Of a stretch of DNA of 64,000 nucleotides, positions 1 to 11,709 are shown piece by piece. The stretch lies in the NCBI RefSeq assembly GCF_006345805.1, contig NC_043024.1, forward strand, positions 6,820,001 to 6,884,000. The letters are read 5' to 3'. The stretch is from Octopus sinensis. Its lineage: Eukaryota. Every line of letters begins with the position of its first letter. Positions within the stretch are counted from its first letter, which is position 1. Under the pieces are notes generated by a model. That model was not told the DNA's origin. It did not search any database and worked only from the letters and a program-made list of their open reading frames with translations. A program made the position numbers and the translations under genes.

Positions 1-1566
1 TCAAGACAGGTTGCCCCTGGGAGCTCCTCTATGCTGACGACCTTGTTCTAATTGCTGAGTCACTATCAGAACTGGAGGAGAAGTTCCAGGTGTGGAAGGA
101 GGGATTAGAACCGAGGGGCCTTAGAGTCAACCTAGCTAAAACCAAAATACTAATAAGTAGGAAGGTAGAAAAACCACAAATGTCTTCAGGAAGATGGCCC
201 TGCTCGATCTGTAGAAAAGGTGTAGGTAGAAACTCTATAAGATGTACCCAGTGTAAGCTATAGACACATAAGAGGTGCAGCAATGTCAAAGGAAGGCTAA
301 CTGGAAAGATAGTTTTTGTATGTGGCAGATGCTCGGGAGCAATAAACTCTGAAAATCTGCAGAAAACAACTTCCGTCACTTTTCAGGGGGAAAAACTAGA
401 AGTAGTTGATAGCTTCCGTTATCTAGGTGACCAAGTCAGTAGTGAGGGTGGGTGTGCTGAAAGTGTAACTGCTAGAGTAAGAATAGCTTGGACAAAGTTC
501 AGGGAGCTCTTACCTCTGCTGGTGACTAAAGGCCTCTCGCTCAGAGTAAAAGGCAGACTGTATGATGCTACATGGCAGTGAAACATGGGCCGTGACTGCT
601 GAGGACATGCGTAAGCTCGTGAGGAATGAAGCCAGTATGCTCCGATGGATGTGTAATGTCAGTGTGCATACTTGAAAGAGTGTTAGTACCTTGAGAGAAA
701 TGTTGGACCTAAGAAGCATCAGTTGTGGTGTGCAAGAGAGACGATTGCGCTGGTATGGTCATTTGGCGAGAATGGATGAAGATAGGTGTATGAAAAAGTG
801 CCAATCCCTAGCAGTTGAGGGAACCCGTGGAAGAGGTAGACCCAGGAAAACCTGGGACGAGGTGGTGAAGCACGACCTTCGAACTTTAGGCCTCATTGAG
901 GAAATGACCAGCGACCGAGACCTTTGGAAATATGCTGTAGGTGAGAAGACCAGGCAGGACAAGTGAGTCCAGCCCACTTATGCATGCCTTTCCTCCCTTG
1001 GACACACAAAGACCTGTTGAGGCAAGCGAAGTCAAAATCGAACCTCATCCGACGACAGGCACCCATGCCATCCCCCCTTTGCTTGTGAAGACCTGTTGGG
1101 GTAAGTGAAATCGGAATCGAAATTGGAATCGAAATTGAACCAATCCTATGACTGGCACCCGGTGGATGCCAGGACCCCTGGATTGGTGGTACATAAAAAT
1201 CACCATCCGAATCGTGGCCGATGCCAGCGCCGCCTCGACTGGCTTCCGTGCCGGTGGCACGTAAAAAGCGCCATCCAAATCGTGGACGATGCCCGTGCCG
1301 CTTCGACTGGCTTCCGTGCCGGTTGCACGTAAAATGCATCAATCCGACCGTGGCCATTGCCAGACTCCCCTGGCACCTGTGCAGGTGGCACGTAAAAAGC
1401 ACCCACTACACTCACAGAGTGGTTGGCGTTAGGAAGGGCATCCAGCTGTAGAAACACTGCCAGATCAGACTGGAGCCTGGTGCAGCCTTCTGGCTTCCCA
1501 GATACCCGGTCGAACCGTCCAACCCATGCTAGCATGGAGAACAGACGTTAAACGATGATGATGATG
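1..1566 (+). mobile_element. RTE-clade LINE, 3' part (RT C-terminal half, ORF end, 3' UTR, (GAT)n tail); window-truncated, inactivated
   Basis: Frame from nt 3 reads KTGCPWELLYADDLVLIAES (YADD at 30-41)...FRYLGDQV...ARVRIAWTKFRELLPLL; stop at 261-263; frameshift near 570; then HGSETWAV...RLRWYGHLARM...GRGRPRKTWDEVVKHDL to stop at 964-966. The 3' UTR has ~69-bp tandem repeats and ends GACGTTAAACGATGATGATGATG. Confidence 0.93.
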
Positions 1567-1651
1567 GAATACATAATCAATAGGAATACAAAATACAAAA
1601 TGGGTGATTGTTAGTAAGGAGAGACACACAAATAAGAAAGAAGAAAGCAAA

Positions 1652-1696
1652 GGACCACTGATGAGGTCACAGAAGTGTGACAAAAGAACTATGGCC
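1652..1696 (+). ncRNA. Degenerate type-I hammerhead ribozyme motif
   Basis: ggacca-CTGATGA-g-GTCAC-agaagt-GTGAC-aaaa-gaac-ta-tggcc. Core and 5-bp stem II are present; GAAA and stem III are damaged; stem I is partial. Confidence 0.4.
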
Positions 1697-2131
1697 TAAA
1701 TACATTAATGTAAAAAATAAAATAAAGCTGAAGCAAATTAACACCAAATATATAGTGCGTGTTTTTATTGGCTAAACTGGCAAAATGACCAACCCCAAAT
1801 ACAACAATGGCGAAAATAAATTTAAGACCAATGATAAAAGTTCTATTTCTTACAAAATATTTTGTTACTAACACCACACAAATTATTTTTATCTTTTACA
1901 CCTTATGCAGAATTTATTTCTCTTTCAAATGATGCAGACAATAACTATTTTTATACAACTTGAAGAATTCTGATGCTAAATTAATATAAACGTTTCAAGT
2001 TTACCGGCAAAATTAGTTTAAGACCATGTAATATGTATGCAAATTTTTTTTGCCAAAATGGGTGGTCACACAACTAGCCTAAACGCATGATATAGTGTTA
2101 TAATTTAACATTATTATACAATTGATTAATA

Positions 2132-2505
2132 ATGGGAAACAACGTAGCCTCAGTCCAGCCACAAGAGCATAAATCGTATTACTCCATCAGCAGAAAGTTT
2201 CCTTTTCGAACATCAGCAAGCAACAAAAGTGCAGTAAAACGGCTTGCGTGCAAGCGTGGAAGTTATACTCGGAGACTGGTCAATATAAAGATCGGCAAAG
2301 GACTGGCGCCCCAAGAAAAATGATGGCGCACTTGGACTGTCGAATCCACCGACTTTCGGAAGGCAATTGAATGCTGACATCCATTGACATTTGTAAACAA
2401 TTGTCCAACAAGAATGGTGTTATTTTAACACTACAAACCATCTGCAACCATTAGAGAGAATATGGACTACATGAAAGAATTGCTAGGAAAAAGCCTATTT
2501 CTCAG
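2132..2505 (+). pseudogene. Tc1-like transposase relic (N-terminal DNA-binding region)
   Basis: An alternative frame from ~2262 reads YSETGQYKDRQRTGAPRKMMAHLDCRIHRLSEGN*MLTSIDICKQL...TLQTICNH*REYGLHERIARKKP, matching the Tc1 GRPR and ARKKP motifs; contains stops and a frameshift. Confidence 0.75.
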
Positions 2506-2872
2506 TATATTGGCATAGAAATTTTTTTCTTTTGCCCTTATTTATAATTATATATATATGACACCTGTTGTTATGTCCTGTTATTTGTATTTGTGTGCCA
2601 TTTCTCCGTTTTTTCCGTCCTTGTTTTCATATACATTTGTTGCTTTCTTCCAAGGAATCTAGCGCTCTTAGCTTAGTTTTCCCTAGGGGCTGGCCATATT
2701 GGAGCAATCTCAAGTATAACCAGTCGAAATTGCAAAGATAATCTGGAACACGACTGAGGAAAGAAAACTCTGAATGATCCGTCCTTGGTTTCTTTGTATC
2801 GTCTATCTGGATGTTTTGTTGTCCCTTTTTGTATCAGTTGTGTGGATGTTTTGCGTTCTTGTCCTATTTTTG

Positions 2873-2912
<40 letters not shown>

Positions 2913-3075
2913 ATCATTTAACGTCCATCTTCAATGCAGGACAGCTGACAGGAGTCAGCCAAGTAGCAAAGTACTACCCTAGGCTAATGTGTCTATTTTG
3001 GCAGAGTTTTTTATGGCTGGATGCCCTTCCTAACCCCAACCACTCCACAGAGTGGGCTGAGTGCTAATTACTTGT
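2913..3075 (-). mobile_element. RTE 3' UTR fragment
   Basis: Reverse match to 1400-1560 (CATTTAACGTCC...GGATGCCCTTCCTAAC..CAACCACTC). Confidence 0.75.
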
Positions 3076-3377
3076 GCCAAATTAGTATCAGAAACTTTGT
3101 TGCAACCAGCATTACCAGGCTTCAGGGTGCAAAGCCAAGGAGAAAAGAGGCTGCAAATACACCAGGTACACTGACCTGTAATCCTCATACTTGCAGGATT
3201 TGTGGGTGCTTTTGCAAATTGTTGGTGGAACTTTAAATGTCACATTTGATATAAGCATTATGGCTGACAAAGAAAAAGTAGGGTGTCAGATCCTCATACA
3301 TCAAAACTGACAGGAGAGACCATCATGTGTGTGTGTGTGTATGCGTATATATATCTATATATCTATATATACATATA

Positions 3378-3411
<34 letters not shown>

Positions 3412-3568
3412 TATGTATGTATATACTTTATTTAAAAGCAGAAGAAATATAACAAAAGCTGTTACTCGGAGTTTCACGTTCCCGTTCGTTGGACAGTTTT
3501 GTTATGTATATATGTATGTATATATATATATATATATATATATGATGATGATGATGATGATGATGATA

Positions 3569-3598
<30 letters not shown>

Positions 3599-3605
<7 letters not shown>

Positions 3606-4107
3606 GTCATTCCATCTGTCTGATTTTACCTTTTTAAAAATTGAATGAAATTTAATAGTATTTTGGAATGTCTAATGGAATTTAAAATTATTTTTATGCA
3701 TTTGTGTACATTTAAACTAATCAAATATTATTTTACAGAATAATAGAATTAAAATTTCTTTGATTAAAACCCTTTCTAACATGGAAATATCCAAAGAGCA
3801 TTTGAGGCATATAATGCTTTATGAGTACAAAAAAGGAAACTCTGCAGCTGAAGTGACTTGAAACATTCACTCAGTTTATGGGAAAGAATGCTTGGATGAA
3901 AGAACTTGCAGAAGATGGTTTGCAAAATTCAGAAGTGGAGATTTCAACCTTGAAGATGAAGATCGAACAGGATGTCCAGTTGAGTTTGATGATAAACTCC
4001 TTGAGGCATTACTTGAAGAAAATCCTGTATTATCAGTTGAAGAATTGGCAATAAAGATTAGTTCAAACCATACAACTGTTCATCGTCATCAACAGACAGA
4101 GAGATGA
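3599..4107 (+). pseudogene. mariner transposase relic, N-terminal HTH region
   Basis: From ATG 3781: MEISKEHLRHIMLYEYKKGNSAAEVT*NIHSVYGKECLDERTCRRWFAKFRSGDFNLEDEDRTGCPVEFDD; one stop; truncated before the DDD domain. Confidence 0.88.
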
Positions 4108-4149
4108 GGGTATGCAGAAGAGGATATCATGAAAGACCTTGTTGGAGGC

Positions 4150-4275
4150 TCTTCCTTCTGAGTTCTTTTATAGTGCTTACAAAAACATAAAGACCACTGC
4201 AATAAATGTGTGAACCTGTGATGGGAATATGTATTTTCTTTTACTCAAAGCCAGGAACTTTTCTCTCTCCTCTTA
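4150..4275 (+). mobile_element. mariner right-end fragment
   Basis: Translates LQKHKDHCNKCVNL*WEYV (mariner C-terminal KCV..GDYVE motif), followed by TIR-like AAAGCCAGGAACTTTTC. Confidence 0.55.
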
Positions 4276-4497
4276 TACATACATACATTCACATTATTGG
4301 ATAGTTTTTGACCCTCTTGGGTTCCTCTGCCCTTTGGCAGGTTTTGTCTTTTGACCTGCAGGTACTTAATAAAGCACCCTTGTCATCAAGCAAACTTGGT
4401 TAAGTTACCAATTCAGTTGCCAACCACCAATCACCTGACCATGTGACTAGTTGTACTGGGTCACATGTTACCAACAACACTCAGAAGTGACCTGCTG

Positions 4498-4529
<32 letters not shown>

Positions 4530-4540
4530 CATATACATGC

Positions 4541-4700
4541 ATAAGAAGGTGTTCTGAGAAGTCCCTGGCTTTGGATAATAAAAACTATGTGAGGATCAGT
4601 TAATTATGATTTTATCCGACATGGTCCCCTCTCAGACTCACACACTTATTGCAGCAGTCCTTCAGTTCTTCTAAGACTTTCAAGAAACCCTTAAAGACAA
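4541..4700 (-). mobile_element. mariner right-end fragment, same family as 4150-4275, opposite strand
   Basis: Minus strand reads LEELKDCCNKCVSLRGDHVG, then the TIR AAAGCCAGGGACTTCTCAGAACACC. Confidence 0.65.
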
Positions 4701-4800
4701 GAATTTTCCAGCATCCCCTCATATTTATACGTATATATATCATATATGTGTGTGTGTGTGTGTGTGTATGTATATATGTAAATAATAAATATATATATAC

Positions 4801-4995
4801 GTCCAACCCATGCTAGCATGGAAAGCGGACGCTAAACGATGATGATGATATATATATATATATATATATCATCATCATCATCATCATTTAACGTCCGTTT
4901 TCCATGCTAGCATGGGCTGGACGATTTGACTGCGGTCTGGTGAACCAGATGGCTGCACCAGGCTCAAATCTGATCTGGATGCCCTTCCTAATGCC
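4801..4995. mobile_element. Two RTE 3'-end fragments tail-to-tail across a (TA)n tract
   Basis: 4801-4849 is + and ends (GAT)n; 4869-4995 is - and begins (CAT)n TTTAACGTCCG. Confidence 0.8.
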
Positions 4996-5017
4996 ACATA
5001 TATATATATATGTAGCA

Positions 5018-5184
5018 GAAGACGAAGAAGAAGAAGAAGAAGAAGAAGAAGAAGAAGAAGAAGAAGAAGAAGAAGAAGAAGAAGAAGAAGAAGAAGAAGA
5101 AGAAGAGAAGAAGAAGAAGAAGAAGAAGAAGAAGAAGAAGAGAAGAAGAAGAAGAAGAAGAAGAAGAAGAAGAAGAAGAAGAAG
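5018..5184 (+). repeat. (GAA)n microsatellite, about 55 units
   Basis: Direct reading; a few single-base interruptions. Confidence 0.97.
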
Positions 5185-5729
5185 ATGGAGATTGTGAAGT
5201 TAATAGGAGTTTTTATCAACAACAAACCAATCATTATTTCTTACATATATTGCAATTATACACAGAGAATAAATTAATATTAAGTATTAAATATTTCTGA
5301 GCACAATCTCTTCAGAGGGAAAAAATGTACCCCTAGATGTTTTGTATGTTTGTTTATAGATTCATCACAGCAGACATCCTTGGATGGCACCATCCCTTCA
5401 TGAGGCTAATGTAACCTCTGATTGAATTTTATATGTGTATAAATACAGTTACGTATTTAGGAGTTGGCTATTGATTTACTTATTGAATTTATTTACAGAT
5501 ACTGTTGTACATAGGGTAAATGTGTTTGAAAGTTGTGTTTCTTTGGTATGTTTGTTCCCAAACAACACTTATTTTAGTGCTGTTGACACTGTTGGATTGA
5601 ATGGTGCTGCCCAGGTGTCGAAAACATGATGATATCTGTGGGGCAGCTGATGATGGAAGTATGTTGGATTGTTGGTATGGCTGTGGAATAGTATTATAAC
5701 ACATCATTTTGATATATATGTATGTATGT

Positions 5730-5763
<34 letters not shown>

Positions 5764-5764
<1 letters not shown>

Positions 5765-5955
5765 CTTAGTGGTATTTCATCTGTCGTTACATTCTGAGTT
5801 CAAATTCTGCCGAGGTCAACTTTGCCTTTCATCCTTTCGGGGTCGATAAATAAAGTGCCAGTTTCACACTGGGGTCGATGTAATCGACTTAATCCGTTTG
5901 TCTGTCCTTGTTTGTCTTCTCTATATTTAGCCCCTTCAGGGCAGTAAAGAAATAT
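5764..5955 (+). mobile_element. Deu/Nin-domain tRNA-SINE (family B), 5'-truncated
   Basis: GAGTTCAAATTC B-box, then GCCTTTCATCCTTTCGGGGTCGATAAA..AAGT.CCAG (Deu/Nin-like core), tail TAAAGAAATA. Confidence 0.8.
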
Positions 5956-6314
5956 ATATATAAATACATGTGTACATATAAATATAAATACATGTGTACA
6001 TATGCACTTATATACTTATATATATACATACACATTTATACCCACCTACATACACAAACATGCAACATCATCTTGACATGCTCCCACACAAAAGTGAACA
6101 TTAAGAAAATGAAAAAAGGATTGGTGAAGTGAAAAATTATGAAAAGATTTTCATATATCAAAGTTAGATTTGGCGTATAATTACAAATTATTTTTATGAT
6201 CTCAGCAGCAATAACAACACTAGTATGAGCAATAACAACCATAATAAGTGTGTGAGAGTGTGTGTATACAAACATATATATATATATATATATGTATGTA
6301 CATATGTGTATATA

Positions 6315-6357
<43 letters not shown>

Positions 6358-6589
6358 GTACATGTGTGTATATATGTATATATATATATATGTATGTGTG
6401 TATGTATGTATGTATGTATGTATGTATGCATGTATGTATGTATGTCTGTGTACAACAGGTTTCTTTCAGTTTCCATCTACCAAGTCTACTCACAAGGCTT
6501 TGCCCCAGGTGTCACACAGTGGGACTGAACCCAGAACCATGTGGCTGGTAAGCAAACTACTTATCATACAGCCACTCCTACACCCATAT

Positions 6590-6622
<33 letters not shown>

Positions 6623-7101
6623 CATACGTATAAATGCATGAACACTCCTGCATGCCCCCACCCACACACACATAGGTATGTATGCATACATATAATAGAC
6701 AATAGAACTTGGCACAACCCTCCTCCGGCTACAACATAGAAAAGGCATAGCTAGCATGCTTGTATCAGAAATATGACAAGTGTACTTGTCAGTGGGCTAA
6801 TTATTGGTGTGATTTAATCTGTACACAAGCAATGGTTTGAACCACACCCAACTCTCCTGGTAGACATGGTAAGTGTGAACCAAATGAATGATGATGAATT
6901 AAATGCAGCTTAAGCTTGCTTCCCAACCACATGGTCATGGGTTCAGTCCCACTGCGTGTCACCTTGGGCAAGTGTCTTCTACTGTAGCCTCAGACTGACC
7001 AAAGCCTTATGAGTGGATTTGGCTGACAGAAACTGAAAGAGGCCTGTTGATATATATGTGTGTGTGTATATATATATATATATAAATATATGAAAATAGT
7101 A

Positions 7102-7622
7102 ATACATTAGCGTCGTATTTATTACGTTCGCTATTTCCAGTAAATATCAGTACTTCGTTGTACCATTTATTTACTTTTATAGGTATAATTTGCCCTCACG
7201 GGCTATTCTTTACTGGAAAGCAATACTCTCGTATTGCATTTCTATTTTCATTGAAACTTCTTCACTGTTCTCGCTTTCTTAACGTTTTGGCGTTCAGACG
7301 AGTGTACTGGCATAGATGTGGCAACATTTGAAATATTGTTGAGGTTTATGCAGCTGATGAGGATAAGTTAATTATACGATTGGCATTCGTATTTTGAAAA
7401 ATCCGAAACCGGTACTGCATTATCCGTTATCTAGGTTTTTCATTTTTCAGATGTTCTTCCTAGTGGTAAAACAATTTTTTTCATGTTTGTTGCACACACG
7501 CGTCTTTACTAGTACATACGCGTTGAAGCTATACATTAGCATCGTATTTATTACGAAGTACCGATATTTACTGGAAATTCCAGTAAATATCGGTACTTCG
7601 TTGTACCATTTATTTACTTTTA
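7102..7622 (+). mobile_element. Non-autonomous Penelope/retrozyme-like element with ~80-bp terminal direct repeats and one hammerhead
   Basis: Direct repeats 7102-7181 and 7531-7622; 49-bp palindrome 7553-7601; hammerhead at 7348-7420; (TA)n on both flanks; no ORF. Confidence 0.7.
7348..7420 (+). ncRNA. Intact minimal type-I hammerhead ribozyme
   Basis: Stem I ATGCAG(7348-53)/CTGCAT(7415-20); CTGATGA 7354-60; stem II GGAT/ATCC; GAAA 7405-08; palindromic stem III ACCGGT; cleavage triplet GUA, cut after 7414. Confidence 0.88.
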
Positions 7623-7631
7623 TATACATAA

Positions 7632-7678
<47 letters not shown>

Positions 7679-7683
7679 TAGAG

Positions 7684-7752
<69 letters not shown>

Positions 7753-8275
7753 TGTATATGTTTGTGTGCATGTGTGTGTGTCTGAGTTTGTCCCCTGCCA
7801 TCGCTTGACAACCGATGTTGGTGTGTTTATGTCCCCGAAACTTAGCAGTTTGACAAAAGAAACTGATAGAATAAGTTCTAGGCTTGCAAAGAATAAATCC
7901 TAGGGTTGATTTCTTCGACTAAAGGCAGTGATCCAGCATGGCCACAGTCAAATGACTGAAACAAGTAAAAGAATAAAAGGATCTGTTGGCTAAAGACCAT
8001 ACAAACCTTCTAAAATAAGTCCTGGCGCTGGTTTGTTTTGACTTTACCTACTTCAAAATCCTGCCAGTCATAGAACTGGAACAAGTAAATTAATGATCGC
8101 TGATTTAGGAACAAGGTTAATAGATTTGAGGGGTGGGGTTTCATCAATGCCATATCAACACCGGATTTGACTGGCCCTTTATTTTATCAACCCCCAAAGA
8201 AACAAAATGCTAAGTTGACACTGGTGGCATTTGAACCAAGAACAGAAATAGTTGGGACAAATATCACAAATATCA

Positions 8276-8698
8276 TAGGTGCAGGAGTGGCTGTGCGGTA
8301 AGTAGCTTGCTAACCAACCACATGGTCCTGGGTTCAGTCCCACTGCGTGGCATCTTGGGCAAGTGTCTTCTGCTATAGCCCCTGGCCGACCAATGCCTTG
8401 TGAGTGGATTTGGTAGACGGAAACTGAAAGAAGCCTGTCGAATATATGTATATATATATATGTGTGTGTGTGTGTGTTTGTCTGTCTGTGTTTGTCCTCC
8501 TACCATTGCTTGACAACCGATGCTGGTGTGTTTACGTCCCCGTCACTTAGCGGTTCGGCAAAAGAGACCGATAGAATAAGTACTGGACTTACAAAGAATA
8601 AGTCCCGGGGTCGATTTGCTCAACTAAAGGCGGTGCTCCAGCATGGCCGCAGTCAAATGACTGAAACAAGTAAAAGAGTAAAAGAGTAAAGAGTAAAG
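8276..8698 (+). mobile_element. tRNA-SINE family A, full length
   Basis: A-box TGGCTGTGCGG, B-box GGTTCAGTCCC, CTTGGGCAAG core, internal (TA)n(TG)n linker, CR1-like tail GGCGGTGCTCCAGCATGGCCGCAGTCAAATGACTGAAAC, then (AAAGAGT)n. Confidence 0.9.
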
Positions 8699-9548
8699 CA
8701 ATTTTCCCGATGCTCTACCACTTCTATGCACTCACCACCTTTGAGACATGTAAAAAAATTATTTCTAATTTTGGCACAAGGCCAGCAATTTTAAATGGAG
8801 GGGCCAAGTTGATTACTTCAGTCCTAGTATTTGATGGGTACTTTATTTTATTGATCCAGAAAGTTGATCATCATTATTATTAGCATGAGTTGGACAGCTT
8901 AACAGAAACTGGAAAGGCCAGGGGGCCACACCAGATTCTAGAATCTGTTTTGGCTTAGTTTATATGGCTGGATGCCCTCTCTAATGCCAACTACTCCACA
9001 CAATGTACTGGGTGCTTTTTATGTGGCACCATCACCAATACTTTTTATGTGGCACCTTAGTTTAGGATATAAGTTCTGTTGTGGTCTTCTCCTCTCTTGC
9101 ATACTGCCGAAGAAATACTGTAAAGCAATTTTTTCTGACATTTTACTGTCTCTGCCAGGTTACCATAACAAAAGACTAAAAAGTAGGACAACAAACGTGT
9201 TCTTCCCTAAAACTAGTGAAAAGCAAAACAAGGTCATGATTGGTTGTTTTGCAAATCTGAAGAATTTAATTAAAAAAACAGGTTCTTGGAATCACAACAA
9301 ACCCCAGAATTGCATTAAAGTTTGTTATGTTTACATAGTTTTGTGTATGAAAATAATTATGTTAATCAAAAGTTAATAAATCCCAGCTTAAAAGCCACAC
9401 ACTCCATGTGGACTATCAGCTGGCACTTGTGAAGGATTAATTGGGCCTGCAACCCCAAACCAAAGGGAGCAATAATAATAAGGCATTCATTGGTACCCTA
9501 CTAATATGGTATTCCTTTAAATTCGGTTTAAATGAAAGATTAGTAACT

Positions 9549-9761
9549 CTCCCTTTTACTCTTTTACTTGCTTCAGTTATGTGACTGCAGCCATGCTGGA
9601 GCACCGCCTTTAGTTGAGCAAATCGACCCCAGGACTTATTCTTTGTAAGCCTAGTACTTATTCTATCGGTCTCTTTTGCTGAACTGCTAAATTATGAGGA
9701 CAAACACACCAGCATCAGTTGTCAAACGATGTTGGGGGGACAAACACAGACACACACACAG

Positions 9762-9795
<34 letters not shown>

Positions 9796-9944
9796 GTATG
9801 ACAGGCTTCTTTCAGTTTCCATCTACCAAATCCACTCACAAGGCTTTGGTGACACTTACCCAAGGTCCCACACAGCGGGACTGAACCCGGAACCATGTGG
9901 TTCGTAAGCAAGCTACTTACCACACAGCCACTCCTGCACCTAAG
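9549..9944 (-). mobile_element. tRNA-SINE family A
   Basis: Reverse complement of 8276-8698, with a small internal deletion. Confidence 0.88.
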
Positions 9945-10383
9945 TTCACAAATTTTGGAGTTCTTTTAATATTTGAATGTTCAGCTGTTAACATATAACA
10001 ACTCCTCATCCAGACCTGATCCCAATGCTGAGTATTCAAGAACCAAATGACTGGCAGATTTTCAAATGTAGACTGAGACACAGAGATTCAGGGGTCCCAG
10101 ACGGACAGACAGGGTTTCATGTTTATTATTATAGATACCCAGATTTGACATATTTTATATCAGAATTTAAAGAGATGCATGCACAACTCTTGTGTGGTGC
10201 ATGATAATATATATATATGAATGAATTGGGACAAGGAATGTAAAATGGTAACCACTCCTGGGTGACTCATGATCATTGTGATAACAATGATGATGATAAT
10301 GACATTGATTATTATTATTATTATTATTATTGTTGTTATTATTATCATTATTATTATCATTATTATTATTATTATTATTATTA

Positions 10384-10414
<31 letters not shown>

Positions 10415-10422
10415 AGATATTA

Positions 10423-10636
10423 TAAGGCGGCAAGCTAGCAGAATCGTTAGAATGCTGGACAAAAAGCTTAGTGGTATTTCACCCGTTGCTACATTCTGAG
10501 TTCAAATTCTGCCAAGGTCAACTTTGCCTTTCATTCTCTCAGAGTCAATAAATTAAGAACCATTTTCATACTGGGGTCGATGTAATTAACTATCCTTCTC
10601 CTCCAAATTTCAGGCCTTGTGCCTATCATAGAAAGG

Positions 10637-10673
<37 letters not shown>

Positions 10674-10890
10674 GGCAGCAAGCTGGCAGAATTGTTAGCA
10701 TGTCTGGCAAAATGTTTAGCAGTATTTCCTCTGTCTTCAGATTCTGGGTTCAAATTCTGCCAAGGTCAACTTTGCCTTCCATCCTTTTCCAAGGTTGATA
10801 AAATAAGTACCAACTGTGTGCTGAGGTTGATGAAATTGACTTACCCCCAGCTCTGAAATTGCTAGCCTTGGCCAAAATTTGAAACTAGTA
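10423..10890 (+). mobile_element. Two head-to-tail family B SINEs joined by (ATT)n
   Basis: Copies at 10423-10640 and 10672-10890, each with A/B boxes, the Deu/Nin core and an (ATT)n tail. Confidence 0.82.
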
Positions 10891-10904
10891 TTATTATTAT
10901 TATT

Positions 10905-11460
10905 GAGTGAGAGAGCAGTGCATGCCATCAAAGTGACACTGGGGTAAATATACGAAGCCCAGTATACCCATCATGACTACCCATCTGATAAGGGTACACC
11001 AGACACATGCATCACAACCATATGTGCACAACATGGTGATCTCATATGGAGATAAACAGCACATGACCTTGCAGGTGGAGCCCAGTTAGAATTTTCTTCT
11101 GGTTGAGTAACCCATCCCGCTCAAACGGTCCCTGAATAAGGGTTGCTTAAGGATGTTGAATGAAACACCCATGTTTCCAGAGGTGAATTATCCAACCCCC
11201 AAAGACTTCCTCTCAACACATGGCTATGATGCTCTCCCACTACTTCTGCTCGTGATCAGAGATGCACATATCGTCAGTCACTAAGGGACATGCTCAACTG
11301 GTTAAGATCAAACAACTGACAAGCAAATCTGTGGTATTGAGCAGAATATTTGCTGCAGCCCATCTTTTATACCAAGACAAGACATGTACATGATAACACT
11401 TCCAATCGGTTAAGATCAAAAGCCATGAGAGCCACTGCATGGTACTGCATCAGGGCATTT
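10905..11460. repeat. 556-bp unclassified interspersed element embedded in (ATT)n
   Basis: Complex, GC-richer sequence with (ATT)n immediately on both sides; no convincing ORF or tRNA head. Confidence 0.55.
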
Positions 11461-11709
11461 ATTATTGTTATTGTTATTATTATTATTATTATTGTCTTTT
11501 ATCAGCATTTGCGGCTACATTGTGTGTCATTCCAACCCCCACTTATTTTTAAGAGGGAGTGTAAGTGGCTGCTGGTGTTTGGTTGCTATTGCTAGCAAAT
11601 TGAGTGACCACATAATGGTAGTAGTAATCGGTAGTAGGAATGGTGGTGGAGATGGAGTGGTAGAGGGCAGTGGTGATATGCAACAAAATAGTTGTGGTAT
11701 TCGGTGTCG

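Larger units (their letters stand above)
6905..7980 (+). mobile_element. tRNA-SINE family A split by a hammerhead-bearing insert in its microsatellite linker
   Basis: Head half 6905-7050 and tail half 7755-7980 match intact copies such as 8276-8698. Confidence 0.8.

Noticed and set aside
1150-1400. Repeat-spacer-like periodicity
   Set aside because: Whole units repeat with no unique spacers, no cas genes, eukaryotic LINE context; not CRISPR.
893-1535. Overlapping ORFs with repeated motifs in the RTE 3' UTR
   Set aside because: They arise from ~69-bp tandem UTR repeats downstream of the true stop at 966.
2670-2740. GGCTGG...CCAGTC-GAAATTGCAA hammerhead-like half
   Set aside because: The CTGANGA core is not recognisable; too degenerate to call.
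5600-5660. Hairpin followed by CTGATGA
   Set aside because: No NUH before the stem and no stem II-GAAA downstream.
8283-8350. tRNA-like sequences at SINE heads (many copies)
   Set aside because: No complete cloverleaf; each continues into a SINE body.
11315-11430. GGTTAAGATCAA resembling U2 snRNA GGCTAAGATCAA
   Set aside because: Only about 12 nt match; no branch-point helix or Sm site.
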